Assembly (NCBI RefSeq): GCF_009914755.1
Contig: NC_060947.1
Source of the DNA: the human T2T-CHM13v2.0 reference genome, Homo sapiens
Length of the DNA stretch: 64,000 nucleotides
Direction: 5' to 3' (one strand)
Part shown: positions 50,701-64,000 of the stretch, one piece after another
How positions within the stretch are numbered: position 1 is the first letter of the stretch
Layout of the letters: every line of letters begins with the position of its first letter
Position numbers and translations under genes: made by a program
Notes under the pieces: generated by a model
The model's database searches: none
What the model was told of the DNA's origin: nothing
The model's input: only the letters and a program-made list of their open reading frames with translations

Positions 50701-51099
50701 GAGGGGAACATATATATAAATTGCCCAAGCCAGTGGATACAACCTGGCAAAGAGTGTTATCACCATGCCACCATTAATTTCAGGAATGGCAGAAAGCATG
50801 TACTCCATGATAGCTTTGGATCTGAAAATTCAAATACAGCAAATATTTATTTTGTTCTTAACATGTGCATGACTTTACTAAATGTAGTGAAGAATATGAA
50901 GATGCTACCTACCTCGGGCAGTGTATTCAGTCACATAGTCCTCATATGGTATGACAACTATCCCAGAGTTCAGAGTATACACCAGGGATGCCAAAAATGC
51001 CAGATATCCACAACATATGTGGAGGGCTCCTAGGGCTTAAGACTTTAGCTCTGGGTCATATAGCATAGGGTATATGCTCTGAGGGTTAGTTTTTAAGTA

Positions 51100-51250
51100 T
51101 GAAGTCTTAGAGTTGGAAAAAACTTTAGAGATTACCTAGACTAGCCTCCAACTCAACATAGGAATCTCCACTACACTCTTACAAGTGGTCATACAGTTTT
51201 CTTCAATATCCCTAGTGATGGTAAGCCAATTACTTCAAAAAGGCATCTTG
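51100..51250. mobile_element. CR1/L3- or MIR3-like fragment
   Basis: ttagagttggaaaaaactttagagattacctagactagcc. Confidence 0.45.
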
Positions 51251-51823
51251 CTATGTGTTTATAAAACTTTTATGTAAAGTTGCATGCTATTTGTGTGCTT
51301 ATAGATGTAATTTAAATATTTATTTCTGAAGACATTGGGTTTTTTTTTTGGCAAAGTACTAAACAGAAGCTCATATTATTAGGGCAACAGAAAATGTGGT
51401 AAATTAAGGTCGTTCAATCAGTTGGTTACCAAGAGGGCCCATAAAAGATGAGGATATATATGGAATCTCAAACCAAAATAAGAGAAGAAAATTTTAAGGG
51501 AATTTTCTAGTATCTTGAAGTGAGTGTACTTCCAGTTAGAGTTAAGCACTGACTGTGTGGCTACCAAAAACCATCTAGCTGCTGTTCTTGAGGAGAAAGT
51601 GCAGGTTGTAAAACCATCTCTCTGGATTCTACATTATCAGGGAAGATAAAAAGCATCCACAAAAATTGAGGCAATATTATTTTTAAAAAATAAAGAAGTT
51701 TTAGTCTCTAATAACATAGAAAGAACTCAAAGCTAAAACAAGACTGCCAGCCCTTCTATTTTAGAGAATATGGAATTGTATCCACTGCCCCTAAAAAAAT
51801 ACCTTGCTAGTAGTTGAATTTTA

Positions 51824-53497
51824 TTTTTATTTATTTCCAGTTAATTTAGTTTAATTTTTAAATTACTATTTTTGGGGTATATAGTAGTTGTACATATTTA
51901 TGGGGTACAGGTGAAATTTTGATACATGCATACAATGTGTAATGACCAAATCAGAGTAATTCGGATATCTGTCACCTGAAATATTTATCATGTCTTTGTG
52001 TTAGGAATATTCCAATTCTACTCTTCTAGTTATTTTGAAATATAAAATAATTATTGTTAACTATAGTTGCTATTGTGCTACTGAATACTGGATCTCATTC
52101 CTTCTAACTGTATGTTTGTACCCATTACCTATTAACCCCTTTTTATTGACCCCCTCCTTCTACCCTTCCCAGACTCTGGTAACTACCATTTACTCTCTGC
52201 CTCTATGAGATCAATTTTTCTTAACTCCCACATATGAGTGAGAATATGTGGTATTTACCTTTTGGTGCCTGGTTTATTTCACTTCGTATAGTGTCCTCCA
52301 GTTCAATACATGTTGTTGTAAATTACAGAACTTCATTATTTTGTGGCTAAATAATATTTCATTGTGTACATATACAACACTTTATGTATCCATTCATCCA
52401 TTGATGGACATTTAGGTTGATTTTATATCTTGGCTATTATGAATACTACTACAATAAACATGGGAGTGCAGATATATATTCAATATACCAATTTCCTTTC
52501 TTTTAAATATATACCCAGCAGTGGGAATGCTGGATGATGTGGTAATTCTATTTTTGTTTTTTTGAGGAACCTCCATACTGCTTTCCATAATGGCTGAATT
52601 AATTTACATTCTCATCAACAGTGTATGAGAGTTCCCCTTTCTTCAAATCCTCCTCAGCAGTTCATATTTTTTGTCTTTTTGATAATAGCCTAATAAACTG
52701 GGGGAGATGATAATCTCATTGTGATTTAGTTTTGCATTTCTCTGATGATTAATGATGTTGGGCACTTTTTCATATAACTGTGGGCCATTTGTATGTCTTC
52801 TTCTGAGAAATGCCTATTCAGATCTTTTGGCCATTTTACATTGGATTATTTGGTGTTTTGCTGTTGAGTTTTTGAACTCTTTATATACTCTGGTTATTAA
52901 TCCCATGTCAGATGGATAGTTTGCAAATATTTTCTCCTTTTCTGTGGATTATTTCTTCACTTTGTTGATTGTTTCCTTTGCTATGCAGAAGTTTTTTTTA
53001 AAAAAATTTGATGTGATCCCATTTTCCATTTTGTCTTTAGTTGCCTGTGCTTTTAGGGTATTACTCAAGAAATCTTTGCCCAGCCCAATGTCCTGGAGAG
53101 TTTCCTCAATGTTTCCTTTAGCAGTTTCATAGTCTGAGGCCTCAGATATAAGTATTTAATCCATTTTTATTTGATTTTTGTACATGGTGAGAATTAATGG
53201 TCTAGTTTCTTCTTCTGCATATGGATATCCAGTTTTCCCAGCACCATTTATTGAAGAGACTGTCCTTTCCACAGTGTATGTTCTTGGAAACTTTATCAAA
53301 AATGAGTTCACTGTAGATGTATGGACTTATTTCTGAGTTCTCTCTTCTGTTCCATTGTCTATGTGTCTGTTTTTATGCCAGTGCCATGCTTTTTTGGTTA
53401 CTATAGCTTTGTAATATAATTTGAAATCAAGTACTGAGATGGCTCCAGTTTTGTTCTTTCTGCTCAAGATTGCTTTGACTACTCTGATTCTTTTGTG
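51824..53497 (-). mobile_element. 5'-truncated L1MA3/4-type element
   Basis: L1MA 3' UTR; 15-bp TSD agtagtt(g/a)aatttta at 51809 and 53498. Confidence 0.9.
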
Positions 53498-54084
53498 AGT
53501 AGTTAAATTTTAGCTGAATGTGTCACAGATTAGAAAAAGGGAGAAATTGAAAAACTCTGACCCAGTGAGTTATGTAACATATCTATTAGGTGTCTGATCT
53601 TTTAACCAGAGGGTGATGCTTGACCTCTTGAAGAAGCAGCAGCATCCTAGAAACCATGGGACAAAGATGTCATGGCTTATAAAAGGTAGTTATGAGGGGA
53701 GTGAGAGAAAGTTTCATAGAAAAAGAAGTGAAGCAGAGGAATCACTGTACCACTGTAAATATGTAGATATAAATATATGAAATAGATAATAATAGGTCCA
53801 CCACCCTAACCACAATGGAGTGAACCAGACCATCTTAAAAAGCTAAGAATGCTTGCACATTATTAGAAGTAAGGGATTGTGCTACAGACTCTCAGAGGAG
53901 CCAAGCCTTGTTCACTAGTATTGCCCATAGAAGTGTAGAGGATGTTGAGAATAACTCAATGAGGCCAACGTGAAAGTGTGCCCCATCTCCTGGGAACAAT
54001 GTTGAGGATGTGCCATAAAGCCTGCAGAGATATACCAAAGCTGTTGATTACTACCAAATCCTGCTGATTCTTTTGCCACCATAA

Positions 54085-54502
54085 GAATCAGCCCGTTCTC
54101 ACACTGTCATAAATAAATGCCTCAGACTGGGTAATTGATAAAGAAAAGAGATTTAATTGGCTCACAGTTCTATAGGCTGTACAGAAACAATGATGCTGGC
54201 ATGTGCTCAGCTTCTGGGGAGGCCTCAGAGAACTTACAATCATATTGTAAGGCAAAGGGAAAGCAGGCATGTCTTATATGACCAGAACAGGAGCAAGAGG
54301 TGAGGGGGAGGTGCCACACACTTTTGCAACCAGATCTCATGAGAACTCACTATCAACAACAGCACCAAACAGGCAGGGATAGTGTTAAACCATGAGAAAC
54401 TGTCCCCACAATCCAATCACTTCCCACCAGGCCCCACCTCCAGCACTGGAGATTACATTTCAATTTAAGATTTGGTTAGGGACAACGATCAAAATTATAT
54501 CA
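54085..54502 (-). mobile_element. MSTA LTR
   Basis: ctgggtaattgataaagaaaagagatttaattggctcacagttc...ggggaggcctcag. Confidence 0.88.
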
Positions 54503-56065
54503 TTTTGCCCTTGGACCTTCCAAAATCTCATGCCATTCTCACATTCAAAATACAGTCATGTCCTCCCAATAGTCCTCCAAAGTCTTAACTCATTCCAGCA
54601 TTAACTCAAAAGTCCACAGTCTAAAGTCTCATCTAACACAAAGCTAGTCCCTTCTGCCTATGAATCTGCAAAATAATAATAAAAAAAAAAAACAAGTTAG
54701 TTACTTCCAAGATAAAATGAGGGTATAGGCATTAGGTAAATACTCTCATTTCAAAAGAAAGAAATTGGCCAAGAGAAAGGGGCTACATGCCCCCCATGCA
54801 AGTCCAAAACCCAGCAGGGTAGTCATTAAATCTTAAAGCTTCAAAATAATCTTCTTTGACTCCATGTCCCACATCCAGGGCACACTTATAAAAGGGATGG
54901 GCTCCCAAGGCCTTGGGCAGCTCTGTCCCTGTGGCTTTGCATGGTTCAGCCCCCATGGCTGCTTTCAAGGTCTGGCATTGAGTGCTTGTGGCTTTTCCAG
55001 ACACATGGTGCAAGCTTTCAGTGGATCTACCATTCCAAGTTCTGGAGGTTGGCTCTCTTCTCACAGCTTCACTAGACAGTGCCCCCATGGGGACTCTATG
55101 TGGGAGCTCCAACCCCACATTTACCCTCTGCACTTCCCTAGTAGAGGTTCTCCATGAGGGCTCTGCCCCTGCAACTGGCTTCTGCCTGGACAGCCAGGTT
55201 TTTTCATATTTCCTCTGAAATCTAGGCAGAGGCTCCCAAGCCTCACCTCTTACAGTCTGCACACCTGCAGGTTTAACACCATATGGAAGCTGCCAAGGCT
55301 TAAGGCTTGCACCCTCTGAAGCAGCATCCTGAGCTGTACCTGAGACTCTTTGAGCCATAGTTGGTGCTGGAGTGGCCAGGATGCAAGGAGCAGTGTCCCA
55401 AGTCTGTGCAGGGCAGCAGGGCCCAGTGCCTGGGCCAGGAATCCATTCCATTCTCCTAGACCTCCAGGTCTGTGATGGGAGGGGCTGCTGTGAAGGTCTC
55501 TGAAATGCCTTCAAGGCCTTCTCCCCATTGTTTTGGCCATCAACACATGCCTTTCTTTTAGTTATGCAAATTTCTGCAACCTGCTTGAATTTTTCCCCTG
55601 AAAAATTGGCTTTTCTTTTTTACCACATGGCCAGGCTGCTAATTTTCCAAACTTTTACGCTCTGCTTCCCTTTCAAATATAAGTTCCAGTCATTTATTTG
55701 TTCATTCATAGTGCATAGACTGGTAGAAGCAGCCAGGCCACATTTGAATGCTTTGCTGCTTAGAAACTTCTTCCACCAGACATGCTAAATCATCACTCTT
55801 AAGTTAAAAATTCCACAGATCCTTAGAACAGGGGCACAATGCAGCTAGGATCTTTGCTAAAGCATAGCATAGCAAAAGTGACCTTTACTTCTGTTTCCAA
55901 TAAATTCTTCATTTGCATCTGAGACCTCAGTCTGGACTTCATTGTCCATATAACTATCAACATTTTGGTAACAATTTAACCAGTCAACCAGTTTCTAGGA
56001 AATCCCAAATTTTCTCTCATCTTCCTGTCTTCTTTGAGTCCTCCAAACTCTTTCAGCCTCTGCCT
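54503..56065 (-). mobile_element. MSTA internal region (5' LTR missing)
   Basis: MaLR ORF relic 54783-55514 (AWEPLPRFQR, GLELPHRVP). Confidence 0.88.
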
Positions 56066-56354
56066 AAACTTAAAAATCTAGTTACTATAACAGGAATAAC
56101 AGAAAGAGAAGAAAAATCAAAGTTTAAGACTCATCTTGTGATTAACACAAGAAATTTGGGAGAGGGCTAGTCACAATATTTGTGTCCACAAATGTTTGAC
56201 ACTAATGAATAAAGACAGTATAAGACAGTATAAAGACAATAATTATTAAAATAAGTATAAATATGTTTGAAGAGGGTCCTTAGGATTAAGAGACTTGAAT
56301 GAATGTCTTTGGATGATCAGGTGAGGGAAAATGGGAATAACAAAAGGAGGGCAG

Positions 56355-56607
56355 GAGAAACCCCATCTCTACTAAAAATACAAAATTAGCCTGACCAACA
56401 TGGTGAAACCCCATCTCTACTAAAAATACAAAAAATTAGCCTGGTGTGGTGGCACATGCCCATAATCCCAGCTACTCAGGAGGCTGAGGCAGGAGAATCA
56501 CTTGAATCTGGGAAGCGGAGGTTGCGGTGAGGCTCCGAGATGGAGCCATAGCACTCCAGCCTGGGCAACAAGAGTGAAACTCTGTCTCAGAAAAAAAAAA
56601 AAAAAAA
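56355..56607 (+). mobile_element. 5'-truncated AluSp/Sq-type with internal ~48-bp tandem duplication
   Basis: gaaaccccatctctactaaaaatacaaaa..ttagcctg twice; caacaagagtgaaactc. Confidence 0.85.
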
Positions 56608-58134
56608 CGAAGAATCTTTTCTGCACTACCCATTTCCCTTAACCTGCAGCTGAAGATGCAGTACTGAATTCTTTGCCTCCCTTTTTAGCTGCCTGGAAGC
56701 TGGGATGGGAGCACCCAGGCTCTGAAAGTGCTATGTTTACCAGGACTCAAAGAAACAAGAGGGCTAGGTGAGGAATTTTCTTATAAAAAAAAATGTCCTG
56801 TGAATAGAAGGTATTGGAGGTTGGAGTTGGCAGGGAGAGATGGGGGCCGGTGGAGGTGTATGCTGGAAACTCCTTTTGCATGTAGCTTATCTCGTCTCTA
56901 CATCTCTGTGGTGCCAGACAGGAGAAGGTGCCACCCACACAGCCTAGAGTGCTTGACATGTGGAAGCCTGCTCCATCCTGGGAACCAAGTCTTGGGTTTA
57001 TTGGGTTACTTTAGGTAGAATAGTATTCACTTCCTTATTACTCCTTTTGTCCATCTGGAGGATTTACAGGGATTCTAAAGAGGAACATAATTTTGGGTTT
57101 CAGTTGGCATCTAGAGATGGAGGTACTTATCACATACCCCCATTCCTACCTTACTTTATGAGCAACTATTGCCAATGGGCCTACTTGCATCAGGACTACA
57201 AGACCTTTTGGGGTTAGTGATGAAGAGAATTTGATGACCAGTGGTCAGGCTACAGGACAATAACACTAACACTCCTGATCAAAGAGAAGATACAAAGCTT
57301 ACTGTCACACTACTCCCCAACTTCTGGGGAAGGGAGTCACGGTATCAAGAATGATAAAGGATTTTACCCAGAAGTAGATGAGAATTGAGTGCTCTGGACT
57401 ATATCTTGACTCACTGGCTCATTTTTCGAAAGAGTACTTTTGAGTAAGACATAGAATAAATAAGTAGGTAAAATGTTGTCTAACCTAGGTCCTGACAGTT
57501 TGCCCCCAAGGTCTTCAGCAGAGGGGAATGTGAACTGAGGAGCCAGATGACCCTTTGAGAGCCTCAGGAAAAATTGCAAATGTTACTGAGGGGAGTAGCT
57601 GCCCCAACTCAGCCGGGAGCAGAGACAATATGTTTAGCCAGTGGCCATTTTCCTCAGCTGCTTCCACAGAGACCACAAGGATATGCCACATTTTAGAGCA
57701 GTTTCACAGCTGGTCCGTGAGACACCCACAAGCTGCCTATACAGCAGCCACTTATGTTGTGAGACCAGAGTAGGTGTGGAATATCATTTGGCTGTTTCAG
57801 AGGGGTGAGTGGCTGGAAAGAATTTGGAAGGAAGGTTGCAGGGGGGTATTGTGGGTGAGAAATGAAGAGAAATGAATCAGTGACATAGTGCCTACGTAAT
57901 CACAATGATGTTGGGAAATTGAAAGTGAGTATGTATAGTCATAGGCAACAATGCCGGGATGGTTGTAAATCTCTTCAAAGTAGCAGAATGATTTCTCACC
58001 TTCTAAAGAAGACATGAGTCAGTATTTATGGGCTATATTTATGTACATAATTGATCTTGGACAAAATGGTGAGGGAAGCATGTTTGATACTTTGGTCTAC
58101 TCATATTTTAACTGAACTAAACAAACTTGAGAAA

Positions 58135-58136
<2 letters not shown>

Positions 58137-58175
<39 letters not shown>
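58137..58175. repeat. (GT)n microsatellite
   Basis: About 19 GT units. Confidence 0.97.
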
Positions 58176-58176
<1 letters not shown>

Positions 58177-60017
58177 CTTGTAGTATTTAGCACATAGATT
58201 GGTTCTGGATGTCAGATCTTGCTGACTTCCCAGGACTCTCCTCCCTCAGTTCCTGCTCATCACCACCCAAATTGGGTTTCCTGTTTCCCCTTCCTTTACG
58301 CCTTGTAGATTCTCCTGCCTCCTCCAACTTAGGTGCCTGGCCCTTTTCTCTCTCACCTTCTTTCTCCCTGCTTCTTTCTTCTTGAGTCATGTTTCTCTGC
58401 ACTCCCTTCTCTGTACCCCTCTCTCCCACTCTCTCCTCACTTCCCTCGTAATCCCCCTCTTGTTTTTCTTCCTTCTGATCCATCTGCTCAGACCTCCCAG
58501 ATTTCTCCCCTCAGGGGCCTCAGTGTTGACATTCTGCTCTTTCCTTTACTTCCTCCTAGTACACAGCAGAAAAGGAGAAAAAAACTTTTAAGTCTTTACA
58601 CAAAATGCAACTGCCCTAATTCATTCTGATTGCAGGGTAAGGGTTGGGAGTGGGAGAAAGGGAGGAGTTGAAATCAGTCTGAATTAATGAAAAATCTAAG
58701 TAGTAGAACAGTTTGAAAGAAATGTGATTGTATTACTTTCAAATGTATCCAGTCATATTGCTAACTGAAAGAGAATCTAGGAGACTCCTATAAGTGCTTT
58801 AACAAAGAGATAAGGATTATTTATAATTATTTAAATATAAATGAAGGTTGGTTAAGGCCCTCACTCTCACTTAAATAGGCTGACATTTCCCTTATTTACA
58901 CTTAAATCTATGAGCAGACCCCTTTTCTTAGCCAAAGGTAAACTCCTGTTATAAAGGATCTTTACAACAGCGATTTACCTGTCACTGCAGGTGGTCTGTT
59001 ATAACAGTGCTTTGTTGATCTGGTTACTCAAATAGCTGACAATAATGCAGAACAAATATTTTTCCTGGTTCGTATCTATTTAATAGTTATTCTCTATAGA
59101 GGTGGTGAGCTCTTTTCCATTGCAGATGGTAAACAGGAGAGGCGAGTGGAGATGAGTTATTCTGGAACTGACTCATATGGTTGATGTATTTGCCTATCTG
59201 TGCACAAAACTATGGTTGTCTGTGAGCACATAAAGAAGGGAGGAGAAGGAGTTAAGGAATTGTGTGTATAGTAGCAGATATAAAGAAGTCTGGATGTATG
59301 TCCCTACATGAGGACATGGTAGATACCTAGATGTGTGTTTAAGTATCTCAAATAAACGTGTTTGTATAGGGGAATATGTGTCCAAGATCTGAGTGTTTAG
59401 AGAGATAGGAGCACATGTGAGCAAACTTGTATAAACATTTGTGTAAAGGGTAAAGTTTGTGAAAATTGTAGTTTAGCCCTGTGAGTAGCTGAGCATAATT
59501 TATATGTGTGTGATTTTAAAAAGTGCTCTGTACCAGTACTTCTCAAAAATGGTTGTGAGAATCTCCTTAAGTCCTACTCCTCTACTAATGCAGATCCTTT
59601 GAGCTCTCTTTTACTATTTCTCCTTTATTTTCCTCTCGATGATTAATTCAAATGCCATTCTGAAGTGTGCTCAACACATAACTAGATGCTGAAGAGCAGG
59701 TGGGGGGAACTTGCAGAAAAAGCCCTGTAAGTGTGACAGTAAGTGAGGAGAGTATCCCTCTTTGTTGCATCCAGCAATTTTAGGCTACAAGACTCCTCAG
59801 ATAATACTCATAGTGTCTCCTCAATGCCTCTGCGACCAGCCAGGTACCAAGGTGACTTTGACTTTCTTAGTACCAGTGATCTTTTTCACCACTTCCTCAG
59901 CCCTCTCATGGGAGGCTATAACTTTAGACTTTGTTGCCACTCACAGCTCTTCTACCTCCATGGCTTTACCCAAACTCTGAATTTTGGTCTCTCTTACTAT
60001 AACTATAATGAAACCAT

Positions 60018-60600
60018 AATTCATTCATTTATTCAACAAACATTCAGTGACAGATATTCATGTGTCAGATACTGTTCCAGGTATGTGCAATATATCAGTC
60101 AACAAAAGAGACAAAAATCCCTGCCAGTGAGTTCATATTCTAATATGGAGAGACAGACAACTAGCAGTGAACATGAAAAATATGTAAAGGATACAATATG
60201 TTAGACAGTGATGAGTGCTATCGAACAAAGTAGAACAAAATAATAGAGATTGGGAGTGTACATGTGGGGATGGGTATCACAAATTGCAATTTTAATAAGA
60301 GTAGTCTGAATTGCCCTCACAAAGAAGGTGACATTTAAGCTGAAAATTGAAGGAGCTGGGAGAGTGAATTATGCAGATTTCTGGGGGAAGAGCTTTGCAG
60401 CAGAGGGACTAGCTAGTGCAAAGGTCCTGCAATGGGAGCATGCCTGGAATTTATTAAGGCATAGGGAAGATGCATAGTGGGTAGAACAAAGTGAGCCATT
60501 AGCAGGAAAAGTGATCCAGAAAGGAAATGTTGAAGGATGGGGCTGGGGGAGAGAAAACACATTTAAGGAGCTTGGAATATTGCAGGCCCTTATGGAATGT
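60018..60600 (-). mobile_element. L2a 3' fragment
   Basis: ttcattcatttattcaacaaacatt tail; gaaggtgacatttaagctga; agtgcaaaggtcctg. Confidence 0.8.
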
Positions 60601-60769
60601 TAATTTCCTTAACTCCTTCCCACTCTCCTTAAGTACCCCCTGACTGGCCAACTCACCAAGAGTATAGGGAGATTCAGTGAGAACTCTCATGGTTTCTATC
60701 TCAAAATCTTTAATTTCCTCTGTTCTCTTTCTTGATATATTCTGTCTTTAAGAAATAATTGTTCCCCCC

Positions 60770-61485
<716 letters not shown>

Positions 61486-61489
61486 CCTC

Positions 61490-63130
61490 ATTCTTGCTAA
61501 AAGCTGACTCCTCTGTACCTGTATTTTTGTATCTCCATCTCTTCCCACTGTTTATCCACTTTCTTGCCTGTATTTTCAAACCCTCTCTTTCAACTGGCTC
61601 CTTTCCTTCTGGATACAAGTATACATGGTTTCGGTCTCTTAAATAAAACACCATACCATAAAATACTTTCCATTAACCCTACCACATACTCAAGCTACAG
61701 CTTCATCTCTCTTCCTTTTCAAATTTCTTAAAAGAGTTATGTTGCTTTTCCTGTCTCAATCAATGTGCAATTTGACTTCCACTTTAATTTCTGTACAGAA
61801 GCTGAACTCTGGATGGTAACTAATGTCCTCTTTCTCATCAAATTCAAAAACATATTTTTAGTTTTCCTTTTCTTAATCCCTTTGTAGTGTGCTTTGATGA
61901 AAAGAGCATAGACTTCAGCTCAAAACTGATGTGGATTTGAATTCAAATTCTGGCCCTACCTTTATGTCACTTTTTGAGCCATAGGTTTTTTTTTTAATCT
62001 TTGAAAAGGGGTTGATTATGTCTACTTTGCCAGGAGTTGTCAAGATTAGAGAAAAGGATGTAAAACACCCAGTATATAGTTGGTACAAATTAAGTTATTT
62101 CTACCCACGTTTTGTAATTGCTTTTTAAAATCTCTTAAGCGGGACTTCCTCCTCCTGTCTCCTTAGAAAGATTTCCATACCTTGAGATTTTGCCCTTGGA
62201 CCCATCCTTTCATCATATTGTACCTCCCCAGTGTCTTATGTACTACCACCTCTTCAACTAATATGTATGTCTAGATGTCTTTCACACCTAGTTCGAGATA
62301 TCTAGAAATCTCTTCTAAATGCCTGATGTGAATTTCCAGCTTAAAGTTCCATTCCAATATGTATTTTCTGGGATTCTACATTCAGGATAAATGAAAGCAG
62401 AATTTGAGATGGGCATGGAAAGAGAGACAACTGAGGCATGGTACTGAATTCTGGGCTAAAGAGTGAGTTGACTAAATCAGCAAACTAAAGGGGTTCAGAG
62501 AAGTGTATTCACGTGATTTGAATTTACCATCTGTATGAGGGATGCAGTAGAGCAGAGAAGCTAAGGCAGGGAAGCCATTTAAGAACATATTGTAATAACC
62601 TACATATTAATGTGATTTTAGAAAGAAAACAATAAGTTAAAATTCAAGGAGCTTGCAGAGAAATGAATAGAAAGATTTGGCAGCATATTGGATGTAGTAT
62701 AAAGATTTAACAGGGATTAAAATCATTCCACAGCTCCAAGGATAGACATTGGAAAACTAATGGTGCTATTGGTGGTAATGGTGTGGTTAGGAGGAATTCT
62801 TGTTTTGAAAAGGGTCAGACAAGTGAGAAGGGAGAATAATTAAGATTTTGACATATTAATTTTCAGGGGATAGTAGGAAACCCAAGGGAAAAATATCTTG
62901 CAGGCAACTGAAACGAGAATACAGCAATGAAAATAAGAAGTTCGAATTAAGTCAGTGCTGGTGCTGGACATATTAGAGTCATTTGTACACAAGGAGTAGC
63001 CAAAATCAAAAGAATACATGAACTCCCCTGAAGGAGTGAGGACAAAAGGGAATAGACAGGGGGCAAGAACTGAACTTTGGGAGACAGTCAGAGGGAATAA
63101 GTGGGAGGAAGGAGAGCTGGAACAGCCAAA
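61490..63130. mobile_element. Degenerate L2 and MIR fragments
   Basis: L2-like (tttttgacatattaatttt..., caagaactgaactttggg) and MIR-like (aaagagcatagacttc...ggatttgaattc). Confidence 0.55.
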
Positions 63131-64000
63131 GACAGAGACATTTAAAAAAACACACACACAAAAGGAGAAGCAATGTGACAGAAGCCTACTGACTTTTGGA
63201 CTAATTCATTGGTCCCTGACTGACTCTTCAGTTATGTGCCTGCTCTCTTTCACTCCCACACCTGGGTCCCAAGCTTTTCTTTCTATTCATTGTTTAGCTG
63301 GGCCTCCTGGGCTTCACAATCTAATTATTATTCATGCTGTCTAAACCACTCTCAATTCATGCTTCCCTGCACCCATCAAGCATACTCATTTGCAAATATA
63401 TATAAAGTGCTATCTTTGCTAATTTGGTAAGTGATGATGAAGAACTGGGATTCAATAGTAGATGGTCTTTCCGTCCCAATAGGGTGGTCTGCAAGAAAAA
63501 ATCAAGCTGATACAATCTGCATTTATTTATTCAGAAGCAATGAATGAAGCACTACACCAACACATTCTTATTAAGTCCTACTGTGCATTCAGCTACTCCC
63601 AAATTAATAAATACTGTGAGTAAATTTAATATATAATATGAATAATGAGAGTGACATCTTCTAAATTTATGTGCATTCTTTTCCTATTTTGAGTGTTCTG
63701 TTTCCCAACATACATCGTGCCTCCTTCTACTTCTTCCCCTTTTCTTTTGTTACCTTCAATCACATCTCTTTCCTTTCAGATACTCAGATTGTACACACAT
63801 CCATAAATACTCTCACTCAGAAATCTTTTATATACTAACTTGCACACGAAACCTCCTGCTCACGTGTTTCGATGCTTTTCTCAAGCTTGACTATTCAAGG
63901 GAAACTCAAAATAGAATAAAGAATTGTTATAGTACTCCAATATAATAATTAAATCATTTATATTTTTCCATCTTTGTAACTCTAGTAACATATTGCTAAC

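Noticed and set aside
50518-50821. APOBEC1-like resemblance (SKAIMEY...LFARLY)
   Set aside because: No HxE or PCxxC deaminase motifs nearby; similarity is too short.
54783-55514. 243-aa ORF as a novel protein
   Set aside because: It is the MaLR (MST) internal ORF relic.
58995-59070. Plus-strand exon (QCFVDLVTQIADNNAEQIFFL)
   Set aside because: In-frame stop, weak donor and no partner exons; the minus-strand reading fits better.

Overview
AT-rich primate (human/great-ape-like) genomic DNA, mostly interspersed repeats, with no intact protein-coding gene that I can support. The long ORFs are all transposon relics. Main content: (1) a nested stack at 1-15.6 kb: old L1M, L1PA10-like, HERV-L/MLT2A provirus lacking RT and its 5' LTR, full-length L1PA7-like, and a U6 retrocopy; (2) L1MA/MB/ME, L2, MIR, MLT1, MER44 and Tigger4a fragments; (3) a fragmented L1 cluster at 28-37 kb; (4) a full-length L1PA10/11-like element (38.4-47.3 kb) splitting a MER119 and carrying THE1, a young AluYa-type, a processed mRNA copy and an inverted L1; (5) MSTA LTR plus internal region, and Alus. 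Most notable: a complex inversion with a templated tract (23.3-24.4 kb, copied from about 29.65-29.92 kb); two retroinsertions at an identical target site (44.8-46.6 kb); and a series of minus-strand, partly phase-compatible exon-like segments (49.8-63.9 kb, possibly also 16.6 kb) suggesting an unidentified decayed multi-exon gene. Subfamily calls come from recalled consensus sequences and need RepeatMasker/Dfam confirmation.
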